A stretch of 61,529 bases of DNA, filler included, from Squatina squatina (Eukaryota): NCBI GenBank assembly GCA_031763465.1. It is 3 parts of 3 records of this genome, joined end to end, with 100 filler letters (N's around TTAATTAATTAA, not from the genome) between each part and the next. Parts side by side here need not be neighbours in the genome. Positions count along the whole stretch, not along the records: positions 1 to 27,636 come from JARFOE010000222.1; 2 more parts are not named here. The stretch is one strand, 5' to 3'. The notes beneath the pieces are model-generated. The model was given only the letters and a program-made list of their open reading frames with translations. It was not told where the DNA came from and ran no database searches. Of this stretch, positions 1-12,828 are shown piece after piece (position 1 is the stretch's first letter; each line of letters begins with the position of its first letter). Position numbers and translations under genes: made by a program.

Positions 1-741
1 GGTCGCTCGCTGTCACTCCACCTCCTCCGCTCCGCCGCCGGGAAATGGAGACAGGTTAGGGAGCGTCTGTAAATTAAGGCAAAATACAGTGAACATTATC
101 CACTCCCGACTTTCTGCCGGTTTCCAGTTTTGCTTCGACCCGAATCTGAACGATTCTCGGTTAATCTTTGCAGGAGTTGTTCACAGATCTGAATCTGGGG
201 AAGTGAGGATAAGATTCTGCTAAAATAGGAATTGCAAAAACAAAAAGACCAAGTTGCATCTTCCACCAGACGCACTCTGTGATGAGGAGTTGGGTAATTA
301 TAACAAACAATCTCCATCAGTTAGTCTACAACAGACCAATGCACCGTTGTATTGCAATGGTTTTCATTTTAATGGCAATTACCAGATGTTTGTACCAGTG
401 TGAGCTTGGGTTGTGTAAAATCTTCACTCTTGTCTGTTGTTATTGTGGAGAAGACAGAGGTGTGGATAGAAGTTGTTGGTCTGCAAGATATGGTCTGTGT
501 GAGAATGAGAATGGGTGTGCAACTGAACCCAACCAGAGGAGAGGGAGGGAGAACACTGGGAGCGGAGGAGAAAAGGCTGGAGATGGGTTTGGATTTCAGC
601 ACAGGGAGGAGGGAGAGTGCGTGGGACGAGGACTTACAGCTTTCGGGAAAGAGAGGAAAGAATGTTCCATAGAAACTAGAATTGACAGTTCTGAACTTCT
701 ACCCTATACTTACAATTGTCTTTTTTAAACTCCCTTTATAG

Positions 742-965
<224 letters not shown>

Positions 966-1169
966 TAGTTCATAACTAATATGGAAAAGCACGGGAACCC
1001 AAAAGGGTATAAAAGAGAGAGATCACAGATGTCTTGGGCGGGCACGCACTGAACAGNNNNNNNNNNNNNNNNNNNNNNNNNNNNNNNNNNNNNNNNNNNN
1101 NNNNNNNNNNNNNNNNNNNNNNNNNNNNNNNNNNNNNNNNNNNNNNNNNNNNNNNNCTCACATTTCAAC

Positions 1170-2479
1170 ATTGCATCAAAACAGAAAAATATTATGAGTA
1201 ACAGAAAACAGAAGGATATCTAAGTGTTTTGATGGCCAGGCCTCATTATTCACGCCCAGCCCCATGACCTTGCCATCTCTCGTGGCTTTGCTACTCCCAT
1301 TGTGTCAACTGCAAATAAGTTTCTGACCACTTCCTCATATCGCTCTCCACCCATATCCCCCTTCCCCCCCCACCAAACCTACTTTCTTCTATGTTTGCCT
1401 CTGGGGAAAAAAACTCTCTCTCGACTCTCTTACAACTGCACTTACAAAATCCCAATTGTCCAAAATTTGGCCCTCCATTGACCACAACATCTCTGCAGCT
1501 ACTGATCTGCTCAACCTCACCTTTGATGCCTTAGTCCCTATTAAAACCATTACTGTCTCTCCTGGCCATTCCCCCTGGTATGGCCCTTATCTTTGCTCCC
1601 TTAAGTCCAAGGGATGCAGACTTGAATGGATATGGTGGACAACTGGTTTTGCCATTCACCGCCACNNNNNNNNNNCCACTGGACCACATAAAGCACTATC
1701 AGGTCCTACTCTTGCCTGCTCAAACTGCTCACTGAACCAGGATCATTCAGGTATGTGAAGATAACCCCTGGCTTCTATTCTCTACTACTAAACATCTTCT
1801 TAAAACCCCTCTCCCGATCCTCTATCCTCACCTCCAACAACAAATGTGAGGAGCTCATGAACTTCTTTATATCTAAGATCCGATCAGCTGCCTCTGCCAT
1901 TTCCATTCCTTTCCCTACCCCACTGGACCAAACTTCCTCTTAAGGTTACCCACTGCCTGAGTCCTGAGCTTGCATCTTTTTCCAGTTTCTCTCCGATCTC
2001 CCCTCGTGGCCTCTCCGCACTCATCTTGTCCATGAGACCCATTTCTTGCTCCTTTGACCCTATTCTCACTAGAATGCTGGACACCCAACTTCCTTTTCTG
2101 GTTCCTGTGTTAGCTGACACTGTTGACGGTTCTCTCTCCTCAGGCACTGTCCCCCTCTCTTTCAAATCTGCCATGATTACCCCTTTCCTCAAAAAAACAA
2201 CCCTTCATCAATGTTTGGATTTGCACGTGTGGGACATTCAAAATACAGTGCATGCTTGGTTTGTGTATTAAAAATCCGCCAACCCGGCTGCACGCGTTCC
2301 CTGGACTGTTACGCGGCCGCATGACCGCGCAGCTTGCAGTTAACATTGCCATTGACCCCTCCGTTCTTGCAAACGAACTCCTCCTCTCCTACCTCTCTTT
2401 CATCTCCAAAGTCCTTGAACACATTGACACCTCCCAAATCCATGCCCATCTTTCCCAGAACTACAGGTTTGAATCCCTA
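1170..2479 (+). mobile_element. Degenerate L2-type LINE ORF2 fragment
   Basis: Frameshifted RT N-terminal peptides SMRPISCSFDPILTRML, LSSGTVPLSFKSAMITPFLKK..LDPSVLAN and LSFISKVLE. Confidence 0.8.
2209..2348. mobile_element. 140-bp hAT-like MITE nested in the L2 fragment
   Basis: Terminal inverted repeats CAATGTT...AACATTG interrupt the L2 reading KKTTL|DPSV. Degenerate 8-bp target duplication cccttcat (2201-2208) / ccattgac (2349-2356). Confidence 0.6.
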
Positions 2480-3529
2480 NNNNNNNNNNNNNNNNNNNNN
2501 NNNNNNNNNNNNNNNNNNNNNNNNNNNNNNNNNNNNNNNNNNNNNNNNNNNNNNNNNNNNNNNNNNNNNNNNNNNNNNNGGGGGGGTGGCGGGGGGGGGG
2601 GGGGAGAAGAACAGATGCTGGACAGTTCATTTAAAATGGAATCAAAGCTCTGCCTGTATCCTGATCATATAAAGCTGGGCACCTAAGCTGCACAGGTTTG
2701 TGTTATTTGTTACGGTAATAACATTTTTTAAAATGTTGTTGCTTGCTGTTTAAGCGCAGCGGGTATTTTGTTCCCCAAAAAAGTAGCAACGGCAGAAAGA
2801 AACCAATTTAAGAGCTCATGTAATCTGCACTCTCAGTGAGAAATCAGAATGTAAGGAATGCCAGGGATGTGAAAAGGCCATTTCTCCAAAGCAGATACTT
2901 CCAGTATATTAACTTTCCCACAGTAGCATCTAAGTGTATTGCAAGTAAATCACATGCTTTTGCTCCAATAGGTTGTGATTGTTCCAAGCATTTATCATGC
3001 TTGAGGAAAAGTTCTCCCTGATATTTATTCCAAATGTACTTTTATTATGTCCTGTGGCTCCACTTTTCTGCCCTACTTTGAAGCAATAATCTGCCTCAAC
3101 CTCATCTATACAATGGTCTATTATCGTTGAATCTAGTGGATCAGTCCAGTTCACGTCTTTGCCGAGGATAAATTGGACCCAATTACTCCTGAAAATAGTT
3201 TAACCAACCAGATAGCTTTGCTGTTGGGAATCATCAATTGAACACTCACTTCTATTTAATACGGTAAAGTCAAGTAGAACATACATCCATCATAAAGTTG
3301 TCACCAGGTTGACTTATTGTATTGGAAAAATTGTGCTTTAAACCTTTAAAAGGATTGCACTTTACTGTTGTACAATACACTTATTATGAGATGCTCCTAA
3401 TCCATCACCTCGAACTGTGCCCACCATTGCTTTATTGTAATATATCTTACAAACAGTTTCCATGTTACTAGATCAGCCGTGGCTCTTTGGAAGTATCCAT
3501 GCCCCACTCCAGAGCACGAGACAGGCACA

Positions 3530-4855
3530 AATGGTGGAAATTAGGGTTTGGGCAGCCGAATTTTGGATGTCCTCAGTTTGTCTCGGGTAGAAAATGCGAG
3601 GCCAGCCAGGAGTGCATTGGAATAATCAAGCAGAGAGTTAACAAAGATATGGATGAGGGGTTCAACAGCAGATGAGCTGAGGAGATGGGCGATGATACAG
3701 AGGTGGAAGTAGACGGTCTTAGTTATGCCAAGGATATTTGGCCAGAAAATCATTTCAGGGTTAAAATTAATATCAAGCTTGCGAACAGTGTTGTTCAGCC
3801 TCAGACAGGGTCTAGGGAGAGGGATGGAGTGTTGGCTCAGGAACGGAGTTTGTGGTGGGGAGTGAAAACAATGGCCTCAGTGATCCTAATATTTAGTTGG
3901 AGAATATTTCTGCTCATCCATTACTGGATGTTGGACAAGCAGTCTGACAATTTAGAGACCATGGAGGGGTTGAGAAAAGAGGTGGTGAAGTAGAGCTGGG
4001 TTTCGTCAGCATACATGCGGAAACTGACACCGTGTTTCGGAAGGGGCAACATGTAGATGTGAAATAGGAGGGGGCCAAGGTTAAATCCTTGGGGAACCCC
4101 AGAGGTAACAATGTGGGTGTGGGAGGAGAAGCCATTGGATGTGATTTTCTGCCTACGGTTAGATAGATAAGAATGGAACCAGGCGAGTGTAGTCCCACCC
4201 AGCTAGACGATGGTGGAGAGACGTCGGAGGAGGATGGAGTGGTCACTTGTGTCAAAGGCTACAGACACTCGAGAGGGTTGAGGAGGGATAATTTACCTTT
4301 GTTACAGTCACAAAGGATGTCATTTGTGACCTTGATGAGCGAAGTTTTGGTGGCAGGGACAGAAACCGGAATGAAGGGATTCATTCAAATGGAGTTCTGG
4401 GAAAGATGGGCACGGATTTGGGAGGTGACAGCATGGTCAAGGACATTGAAGAAGTTGGAGATGGAGCGGTAGCATGCAAGTCGAATGGGGTCGAGGGTTG
4501 GTTTTTTGAAGAGAGGGGTGATGACGGCAGATTTGAAGGAGCTGGGGACAGTACCTGAGGAGACCGAACCGTTAACAGTTTCAGCTGGAAGTTGGGTGGT
4601 CAGTCGCTTAGTGGGAATAGGGTCAAGGGAGCAGGAAGTGGGTCTTATGAACAAGATGAGCGTGGAGTGGTCAAGAGGGGAGATTGGAGAGAAACTGGAG
4701 AAAGGGGTGAGGTCAGGGCTAGGGGCAGGGGGGAAGCTCAGAGGAAGTTTGGCCCGGTGGGCTCGGGGAAGGAAGGAAAGTGGCAGAGGCAGCTGATCGG
4801 ATGGATTCAATCTTAAAGACAAAGTCATCCATGAGCTCCTCGCACTTCTTGTTGG
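3530..4855 (-). mobile_element. Degenerate L2-type LINE RT fragment
   Basis: Minus-strand peptides RPTSCSLDPIPTK, SSGTVPSSFKSAVITPLFKKPTLDP, GVPQG-like motif near 4090 and LIHIFVNSLLDYSNALLAGL. Confidence 0.85.
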
Positions 4856-4859
4856 AGGT

Positions 4860-5382
4860 GAGTGCAGGGGAGAAGCATGATTAAGTGAGTGGGCAAAACT
4901 GTGGCAGATGCAGTTCAACATGGGAAGTGTGAGATCATCCACTTTGGAGCCAAGAAAGATAGAGCAGAGTATATTCTAAATGGCGAGAAGCTGGGAACTG
5001 TGGAGGAGCCAAGAGATTTAGGGGTCCAAGTACAGAAATCACTAAAAGCTAGAGGGCAGGCACAAAAAGTAATCAAAAAAGGCTAATGGAATGTTAGCTT
5101 TTATTTCAAGGGGGCTGGAATACAAAGGGGCGGAGGTTATGTTACAGCTGTACAGAGTTTGGGTTGGACCACATCTGGAGAACTTCATTCAGTTCTGGGC
5201 ACCACACTTCAGGAAGGCCTTGAAGCGGGTGCAGCAGAGATTCACCCGAATGATACGGGGACAAAAAGGATTCAATTATGAGGCGAGGTTGCATAGATTG
5301 TATTCCCTTGAGTATAGATGATTAAGGTGATCTAATTGAGATGTTTAAGATGATTAAAGGATTTGATAGGGTAGATAGAGAT
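4860..5382 (+). mobile_element. CR1-type LINE 3' RT fragment
   Basis: EWAKLWQMQFNMGKCEIIHFG, RDLGVQVQKSLK, PHLENFIQFWAPH and RVQQRFTRMI are typical CR1 RT C-terminal motifs. Confidence 0.9.
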
Positions 5383-5385
5383 AAA

Positions 5386-5777
5386 GGGGGTGAAATTCGG
5401 CAGGGTGCGAAATTCGGTTAACGCCTACTTAAGGCGTTAAAAATTCTTTGGGCGTTAAATTGCCATTTAGTGCCTCCTGCGAAATTCGCTAGGGCAAAAC
5501 TTTAGGCTTTAAACTTTAGCGCCTCCAATGATGTCATCATTGGCGCTCTGTTTAAAAATTCCCCAAACTTTGCGCCTAAAGAGGCCTCCCAAATTCAATG
5601 ACTAGAAAAGTTGGCGTTTCACTTATCCGATGGGTCCGGCCACCATCTTGTCGGCGCTAAACATCGGGGGCTGAGATTTGACTGCCAGCGGGTGCAGGGT
5701 GAGTTGTAGGATGGAGATCTGGCGCTGAGGGTTTGTAACCAGAACCTAGTACATTCCTTGAGATGATGTGGCCCCTG
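5386..5777. mobile_element. GC-rich non-autonomous DNA transposon (MITE) fragment; relatives at ~8525-8815, ~14103-14285, ~48200-48410, ~52960-53070
   Basis: Starts ggggtgaaattc and contains repeated aacgcc/ggcgtt motifs. Similar gg..gaaatt / aatttc..cc ends recur at the listed sites. Confidence 0.5.
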
Positions 5778-6135
5778 NNNNNNNNNNNNNNNNNNNNNNN
5801 NNNNNNNNNNNNNNNNNNNNNNNNNNNNNNNNNNNNNNNNNNNNNNNNNNNNNNNNNNNNNNNNNNNNNNNNNNNNNGAGCAACTTTTTTTTAACACCAC
5901 TTGTCTGTTGCACAGGTGACAGGTGCACAACAGGAAGCCTTTATCACATCATCTCATAGCAACACCCCATCAGCTTAGCAACCGGACACACGGTGCTGGC
6001 AGGGATCCAGCTTCCAACAGCATCACCCAACCAACCAACCCACACCGCCCTTGATTTCTCTTTACTTCCTTGTCTCTATAGTTTTTTTCTCTCTCTCTTT
6101 CTTTCACTTGGGCCTTTTGTTTTTAAATAGAAGGA

Positions 6136-6393
6136 ATGGCTGCGGAACTCGCAGGTTTCCTCATCCTCGCTCTCTTCAGCTCCACGGCGACTTGCGACCA
6201 CAAAAGGGACTTCTCTGAGTTGCCGGCCCACAAACTGGAGGTTTTTCAGCAGTTGGCAACTTTAAGCGGTGCTTCCAGGTACAAGAGGGATGGCTCCAGT
6301 GGCCGCAGTGCCCAGCGGGCCGACTTGTCACCCTCCTGTGGCGACGGCGGCGGCTCCTCCGACCAAGCCAAGTTAAAGAGTAACACCCACACG
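6136..6393 (+). CDS. Sortilin-like Vps10p receptor, first coding exon (signal peptide and propeptide)
   Basis: MAAELAGFLILALFSSTATC signal peptide and RYKR furin-type site. Ends LKSNTHT|gtgagt, matching the SORT1 exon 1 end (..NNTHQ). Confidence 0.85.
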
Positions 6394-6816
6394 GTGAGTC
6401 CAGCATATATTGCCGGTTCGAAAATAAATATATCAACAAACAGAAGCCTTTAAAGGTGGCCCTGTTTGATTTTCTGTCAGGGTTCTCTCCTTCTTGGTGC
6501 TGAGGGAAAATTAATGTGAAGCTGCTCGTTTTCAATAATGTCCAAATCTCTGTAAATGTTTTGATTCCAATCCTGTAATTTTTTTTCAAAAAGTGGCCAT
6601 CAAGAATGCTTTGAAAGCAGGGATTACAACCAGAAAGCAGTGTAGCCACATTTGAGGTGGAACTCTCAGATTCAAGTTTCACTCACTTTGGATTGAGTCT
6701 CACACCCAGTTTTGGCTTACATACCTGACCTATTTTGATGTATCTCAGCTTTAAAAAGAAATGGGTACAGTTGTGTGTGCTGTGCCTCAATCTTGCTCAT
6801 GAATCTCACTCCTGAT

Positions 6817-6904
6817 TAAAAACAGAAAATGCTCAGCAGATCAGGCAGCACCTGTGGAGAGAGAAACAGAGTTAACGTTTCAGGTCGATGACCTTTCATC
6901 AGAA
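6817..6904. mobile_element. Short Penelope-like terminal-repeat insertion; relatives at ~14293-14365 and ~19515-19568
   Basis: aaaacagaaaatgct..cagca.gtcaggcagca.ctgtggagagagaaacagagttaacgtttcagg occurs three times in the window. Here it is flanked by ctcactcctgat / ctcactcctaat. The family assignment is from recall. Confidence 0.55.
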
Positions 6905-7163
6905 CTCACTCCTAATAATTCCCTGAGCCTGTGAGTACTGAGCCAAAGCAAATTTCAGTGTAAATGGACTGCCAGGTCTTAAGTAGAATCCATATGCCCA
7001 GCATTTCTAGCCTGTGTACATGTGTGTGAATAGTGCAAAGAGGCAGTCATTTAATGTAGGTGCNNNNNNNNNNNNNNNNNNNNNNNNNNNNNNNNNNNNN
7101 NNNNNNNNNNNNNNNNNNNNNNNNNNNNNNNNNNNNNNNNNNNNNNNNNNNNNNNNNNNNNNN

Positions 7164-8425
7164 AAACTGACAATGCCATTTAAGAAGGGTAGGAGCGATA
7201 AACTAGAAAAATATAGGCTTTTTAGTCTAATGTTAGATGTGGGGAAGTTACTAGAATCTGTTGTTATGGGCAGAGTGAGTGTGCATTTGGACAAATATGA
7301 ACTGATCAGAGGGAGCCAGCATAGATTTGTAAAGGGTAACTCATAACAAGCCTAGTTTTTTTTGAAGAGGTAACAAATGTGGTAGATAAGAGAATATTAT
7401 AGGGACTTCCAGAAGGCATTCAACAAGGTTCCACATAAGAGGCTATTAACAAAAATGAGAGTGCATGGAATTGGAGGCAACCTATTGGCTTGGATTGGGA
7501 ATTGAGGTAGGAGACAAAGAGTAGGGATAGTGGCTGTAGACTCAAATTAGCATGATGTGACTAGTCGTGTCCCAAGTTAGGTGGCACAGTCAGTAGTGTG
7601 GACGGGAGCAGGAAGTTGTAAAGGAATAGTGATAGATTAAGTGAGTGGGCAAAACTGTGGCAGATGTGGGAAAGTGTAAGGGCATCCACTTTCCGCCCAA
7701 GAAAGATAGATCAGAGTATTTTCTAAATGGTGAGAATCTAGGAAGGGGTGAGCAGCAAGATTTATGGCTCCAAGTATAGAAATCACTAAAAGCGAGTAGC
7801 CGAGCACAAAAAATAATTTAAAATACTTGTGGAATGTTGACCTTTCAAGATGGTTAGAATGCAATGGGTTGGAAGTTATGTTCGAGCAGCACAGTGCTCT
7901 GGTTCAGTCCCATTTGGAGTACTGTGTTCAGTTCTGGGCACCGAGCTTAAAGGATATGTTGATCTTGGAGAGGGTGCAGCGTAGATTCACCAGAATGATA
8001 CTGGGGCTAAAAGGGTTAAATTATGAGAACAGATTGCACAGACTAGGCTTTTATTCCCTTGAATGTAGGTGATTGAGGTGTTTATGATCGAAGGAGTTGA
8101 TAGAATAGATGGAGAGAAACTATTTCCTTTGGTGGTGGAGTCCAGAACAAGGGAGCACTACCTTGAAATTAGAGCTAGCCTGTTCAAGGATGATGTCAGG
8201 AAGCACTCCTTCACATAAAAAGAGTAGTGGAAAACTGGAACCCTCTTCCCCCAAAAAGCTATTGAGGTTAGGTGAATTTAAAACTGAGGTTGATAGATTT
8301 TTGTTAGGCAACAATTAAGGGTTACAGAACCAAGGTGGGTAGACAAAATTAAGATGCAAATCAGCCATGATCAAATTAAATGGTGAACAGGCTTGAGGAG
8401 CTAAATGACCGACTCCTGTTCCTAT
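7164..8425 (+). mobile_element. CR1-type LINE fragment with 3' tail (in sortilin-like intron)
   Basis: FKKG..YRLFSL..VGKLLES, SQHRFVKG, DFQKAFNKVPH and HLEYCVQFWAP..ERVQRRFTRMI, then a 3' UTR ending ...gactcctgttcctatg. Confidence 0.9.
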
Positions 8426-9105
8426 GATTAGCAAAATTCAAGTAGAAAAAAGGAGCGAGCACAGACAGGTAGCAATTTTACAACAGTACACTCCCAAGTA
8501 GGAAACCTGCATTTGAATCCCCAGAATACAGAAATTGCTCCAAATCTCCCCCTCCAAAATTGGAGGTATCCCAATGTGTATTTGCACTGCAAGCTCAGTC
8601 TTGGTACAAAGCAATTTCTACTTCACAGTAACACTGGAGTCCAGAGCGCAGCGCTGACGTCATCAGCGTCACACTTCAGTCAACGCCCCAAAACTGCCCC
8701 GGATGTGAGGCGGGCAGTGCTCCACCTCATTTCCAGGACGGAATGGCCGGGCGGTAAATGACCTGGCCCGGGAACATGACCACCCCAATTGGGGCGCAGT
8801 GGAATTTCTGCCCCTTCATCTTTCAGTTTTCTGTCCTTCATGCGTGCATACTTTTTTTCCCCTACTCTTTACCTCCTGCTTTACATCTTTCCACCTGTTA
8901 AGCATTTAGAAGAATGGAGCTTGATAAATAATCCCAATTCAATGCTGCCTCAACTCCCCTCTCTTGGCAGGGTGAAGTATGGGAATAATTGTTGCTATCC
9001 CTTCTCTTTCCTGGCTGCGGAGCTAGGAAAAGGAGCGGTCTGTTTTTTATCAACTCGTAACTTATTTAGTGACGATTTAGATAAGTGCTGTCCTTTGAAT
9101 TACAG

Positions 9106-9208
9106 TGAGGATTATGGGAAAACATTTGCTGAAGTCTCGGACCTCCTCAGGAAATATTATATACGGAGAGAATTTGGAATTAACGTAGGACCAGAGCATT
9201 CCAAGAAG
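9106..9208 (+). CDS. Sortilin-like exon
   Basis: tacag|(S)EDYGKTFAEVSDLLRKYYIRREFGINVGPEHSKK|gtgaaa contains an Asp-box and is homologous to SORT1 SEDYGKNF..IRTEFGMAIGPENSGK. Confidence 0.9.
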
Positions 9209-9309
9209 GTGAAATTTTCAAAAAGTAGAAGCAAACATTTTCCTTTCTCCACACAAGCCAGGAAACCCCATACACAACTGTTAATGATGTCCTCCTTTTT
9301 CTTAAAAAG

Positions 9310-9477
9310 GTCATTTTGACAGCTGATTCGTCGAGACAGAAAGAACGTGGTGGTCTAATAATCCGATCGTTCGATTCCGGCAAGACATTTCATTCTGTCC
9401 ATCTTCCCTTCCACCCTGGCCTGCCGATGCTCTACCACTCCAAAAATTCAGATTGCCTGCTGGCCTACAGTATTGAT
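9310..9477 (+). CDS. Sortilin-like exon
   Basis: aaag|VILTADSSRQKERGGLIIRSFDSGKTFHSVHLPFHPGLPMLYHSKNSDCLLAYSID|gtgggt, in phase with both neighbours. Confidence 0.9.
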
Positions 9478-9642
9478 GTGGGTAACCCAAAGACAAAATC
9501 AGCCGAGTTTATCTTTTAAATCAACAGCCTCTTCCACTGTAACAGATTAACTGTGGAAAAATTTAGAAGGCTGCTGTTTGGTTTTTAGCGAGTCGGTTTG
9601 GTCGAAGCTCTCGCTTTGACATTTTGTTTTCTCCCGTTACAG

Positions 9643-9716
9643 CATGTCCTGTGGCTTTCTCAGAACTTTGGCAACACGTGGATAAAGCTGCATCGATTTG
9701 TCTACACGTTTTCATG
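9643..9716 (+). CDS. Sortilin-like exon
   Basis: gttacag|HVLWLSQNFGNTWIKLHRFVYTFS(W)|gtaagt; compare SORT1 [25 protein letters not shown]. Confidence 0.9.
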
Positions 9717-10367
9717 GTAAGTTAAAGATTTTTTTTTTAAACATTTGCAATCCATTTTACACAAGACAGTTCTAGAAAGTGTGTTTTATAGCAGCAGGTT
9801 TCTAACACTTAGGAAATTGGACAACAGTTTGCCATTGTTGTGCATTAAATAAAGTACTCCAGTGATGGCAAATTAAGAGTATTATCTACTGCATTCTTCC
9901 CTTCCCCACCCCCCCACACCCACACTTCACTTTTCTGACAAGTTGTTTTTTCCCATCTCACTTGAAGGTTTGATGACATACAAAATTGACAGGAAGGAAA
10001 AGACTAGCTGGTCCATNNNNNNNNNNNNNNNNNNNNNNNNNNNNNNNNNNNNNNNNNNNNNNNNNNNNNNNNNNNNNNNNNNNNNNNNNNNNNNNNNNNN
10101 NNNNNNNNNNNNNNNNCATCACATCCCTTTTTGCTCAGACCTTTTTGTTGATAAATTTACAGAGAAGTGTGTTTAAAATGCATCTTGTTGTACACTATTG
10201 AATAAGATATTAAGTCAGTCATTTCTTGCTGCTCTGAGCAGAGAGATTTATCACATTTCAAAGCAGACATACAGGGATCCTAAAGCCAAACCTAAAGGAT
10301 GAATTTTATGAACTGATTGCCACCATTTCTGAAATATTCCTTAAAAAGTGCTTGTCTTCGCTTTCAG

Positions 10368-10470
10368 TGTAATCTTCACATCCATGCTGCGTACAGCATC
10401 TCTCAGACCCTGGATGTCCCTTTGCCCCCACTCACTGCACCAAATGCAGTTGGGTTGATCTTAGCCCATG
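10368..10470 (+). CDS. Sortilin-like exon
   Basis: tttcag|[34 protein letters not shown](G)|gtaagt; compare SORT1 [35 protein letters not shown]. Confidence 0.92.
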
Positions 10471-10580
10471 GTAAGTCATCCTTATAGTCGTGCTCATCTC
10501 CGTCTTCACATTTTCTGTCAACTTGTCTCTGGATTCCCGAGTAAGAGAAATGTTTTTTCTTTGTGAACCTATTGTGACAG

Positions 10581-10752
10581 GTAGCATAGGAGATGCCATT
10601 TCTACAATGATCCCAGATGTTTATGTATCTGATGATGGAGGGTATACATGGTCAAAAGCACTGTCAGGCCCGCACTATTATGCTATTCTCGACTCAGGAG
10701 GCCTAATTGTAGCAGTGGAATCCTACCAGGACAAGGCCATACAGAAAATAAA
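10581..10752 (+). CDS. Sortilin-like exon
   Basis: gacag|(G)[56 protein letters not shown](K)|gtatgt, containing the Asp-box SDDGGYTW. Confidence 0.93.
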
Positions 10753-10884
10753 GTATGTGGCTTTTTCAAAGAAAATTATGATATGCTTGTTAAACTGTTG
10801 AAAAACATGTATGTCATCTAATTTTTAGCAGCTGGAAGATGTTGAAGCATGGCTGATCCTCTCACAATGCCATTCTGCAGCTCT

Positions 10885-11098
10885 CTCTCCATATCCCTTT
10901 ATGCCTTTCATAACTAGGAATTTATCTATCTCTGTCTTGAATATACTCAATGATTGCGCCTCCACAGCCTTCTGAGGTAGAGAATTCCAAAGATTCACTA
11001 CCCTCTGAGTGAAGAAGTTTCACCTCATCTCAGTCCTAAATGGCTTACCCCTTATTCTGAGACTGTGACCCCTGGTTCTAGACTCCCCAGCCAGGGGA
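10885..11098 (-). mobile_element. CR1-type LINE 3' end; further CR1 3' fragments at ~19400-19515(+), 20347-20520(-), 30970-31205(+), 39435-39550(+), 40780-40980(-), 43805-44145(-), 45356-45720(-), 47695-48069(-), 49905-50070(+)
   Basis: Reverse complement reads FP..SRTRGHSLRIRG..FFTQRVVNLWNSLPQ, the conserved CR1 C-terminus. Confidence 0.85.
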
Positions 11099-11801
11099 AN
11101 NNNNNNNNNNNNNNNNNNNNNNNNNNNNNNNNNNNNNNNNNNNNNNNNNNNNNNNNNNNNNNNNNNNNNNNNNNNNNNNNNNNNNNNNNNNNNNNNNNNN
11201 NNNNNNNNNNNNNNNNNNNNNNNNNNNNNNNNNNNNNNNNNNNNNNNNNNNNNNNNNNNNNNNNNNNNNNNNNNNNNNNNNNNNNNNNNNNNNNNNNNNN
11301 NNNNNNNNNNNNNNNNNNNNNNNNNNNNNNNNNNNNNNNNNNNNNNNNNNNNNNNNNNNNNNNNNNNNNNNNNNNNNNNNNNNGTTTCAACAAGATCTTT
11401 TACTCAGTATTTTACTACTTTCATGTAAGAACCAAGAGCTGACCAACTGCCAAACCAAGGCAAAGGGGGGAGCTGGGTCAAACTACCATATCTCCTTTTG
11501 GATCCCTACATTTCCCCATTGAGAAGTGGCTTGTCTCTCCCTAACTGACAACGCCTTTCTTATCCCGTGCCATGTTTCATGCACTGCATGGTGCTGTGCG
11601 TCCTCTCTGATCATAATCCAATTTCTGTTGCTGGTGAATTATCAGGTCAGCCCACATGTGGGGTAGGGACTGTGATCATTCGCTGCCCCCATTTAAGTCT
11701 TCTCTATGCATAACAATATTGTGTTTTCATAAGGCACTGCTGTGAAAATCTTCCAACTGTTGAAAATGTGTTTCTTAAACTGGAACATTCTTTTCATTCA
11801 G

Positions 11802-11991
11802 GCAAAGAAAAGGATTATGTCAGGTGGTTAGCTCATTCTACAGAAGTTGGTGCGAAAACTGACGGCTGCATCTTGGGATATAAAGAAACTTTTCAGAGGC
11901 TCGCAAAGGCCTCTGTTTGCAGAAATGGAAGGGATTATGTCATTAGCAAAGAACAAAGTTCTTGCCCATGCACTCTGAGTGATTATATGTG
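11802..11991 (+). CDS. Sortilin-like exon (10CC domain)
   Basis: ttcattcag|(C)[62 protein letters not shown](C)|gtacgt. Confidence 0.93.
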
Positions 11992-12534
11992 GTACGTGTC
12001 AACCCAGCTTGCTCAACTAGTTTCACATGAATTCTCTTACGTTTTTATTAACTAATTCAGCCCGAGGCCCTATAATTAGGTCGAATGTGTAAATCTGGTC
12101 ACGTGATAACATAGTCACATAGCAATGGTATTTGTGTAGAAAACTTGAACAAATATTTCCGAGACTTTTTATGAAGTCCAGTAATTTCAACAAAATTCTA
12201 TTCAGCAAGATCTCATTTAAAATCACACGTGCTGGATCTACAATGTAATGTATCTGTTCTCAATTTTATTTCAGTTTGTGTAGTTCAAGTATAATCAATC
12301 AAACTTTATTTTTAGCATGTATCCAAATACTACAGACAGCACAGCTAAGATAAATTGAAATTGAAGGAAGGCCTGCTATGTGAAAACTGCATGTTCACTG
12401 TAGGGAATGAATCAGTCTCTCATTACACAGGAGGCTGAAACAGGATTCTCTGATGCACACTTTGAAATCAAGAACCAACAGAGATTCAGCAGCAAACTAT
12501 GCAGGTGGAGCAGGAGCATAAGAGCCAGGCAGTT

Positions 12535-12828
12535 CAGCGAAAAGAGAGACATTTACAATAGGTTGATTAGGAGAAGTGAGACATTTACAACAGGGAGATT
12601 AGAGAGAAGTGAGACATTTACAACAGGTTCATCAGAGAGACATTTACAACAGGGAGATTAGGGGGAAGAGAGACATTTACAACAGAGAGATTAGAGAGAA
12701 GAGAGACAATTCCAACAGTGAGATCAGGGAGAAGAGAGACATTTAGAAGAGGTACATCAGGGAGAAGTGAGATCTTTGCACAGGGAGATCAGAGAGACAG
12801 TTACAACATGCTGATCAGAGAGACATTT
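12535..12828 (+). repeat. Purine-rich minisatellite, ~33-bp unit (gagacatttacaacagggagattagagagaagt) with shorter variants
   Basis: About 9 degenerate tandem copies running into the gap. Confidence 0.85.

Noticed and set aside
2930-3190. 74-aa minus-strand ORF behind a good acceptor
   Set aside because: Its second half (TGH..IRENF..INAWN) is a decayed CR1 C-terminus, and the first half is too short with a poor donor.
1900-4800. Long inverted similarity between ~1900-2470 and ~4390-4800
   Set aside because: These are two independent L2 copies on different contigs, not a single inverted-repeat element.
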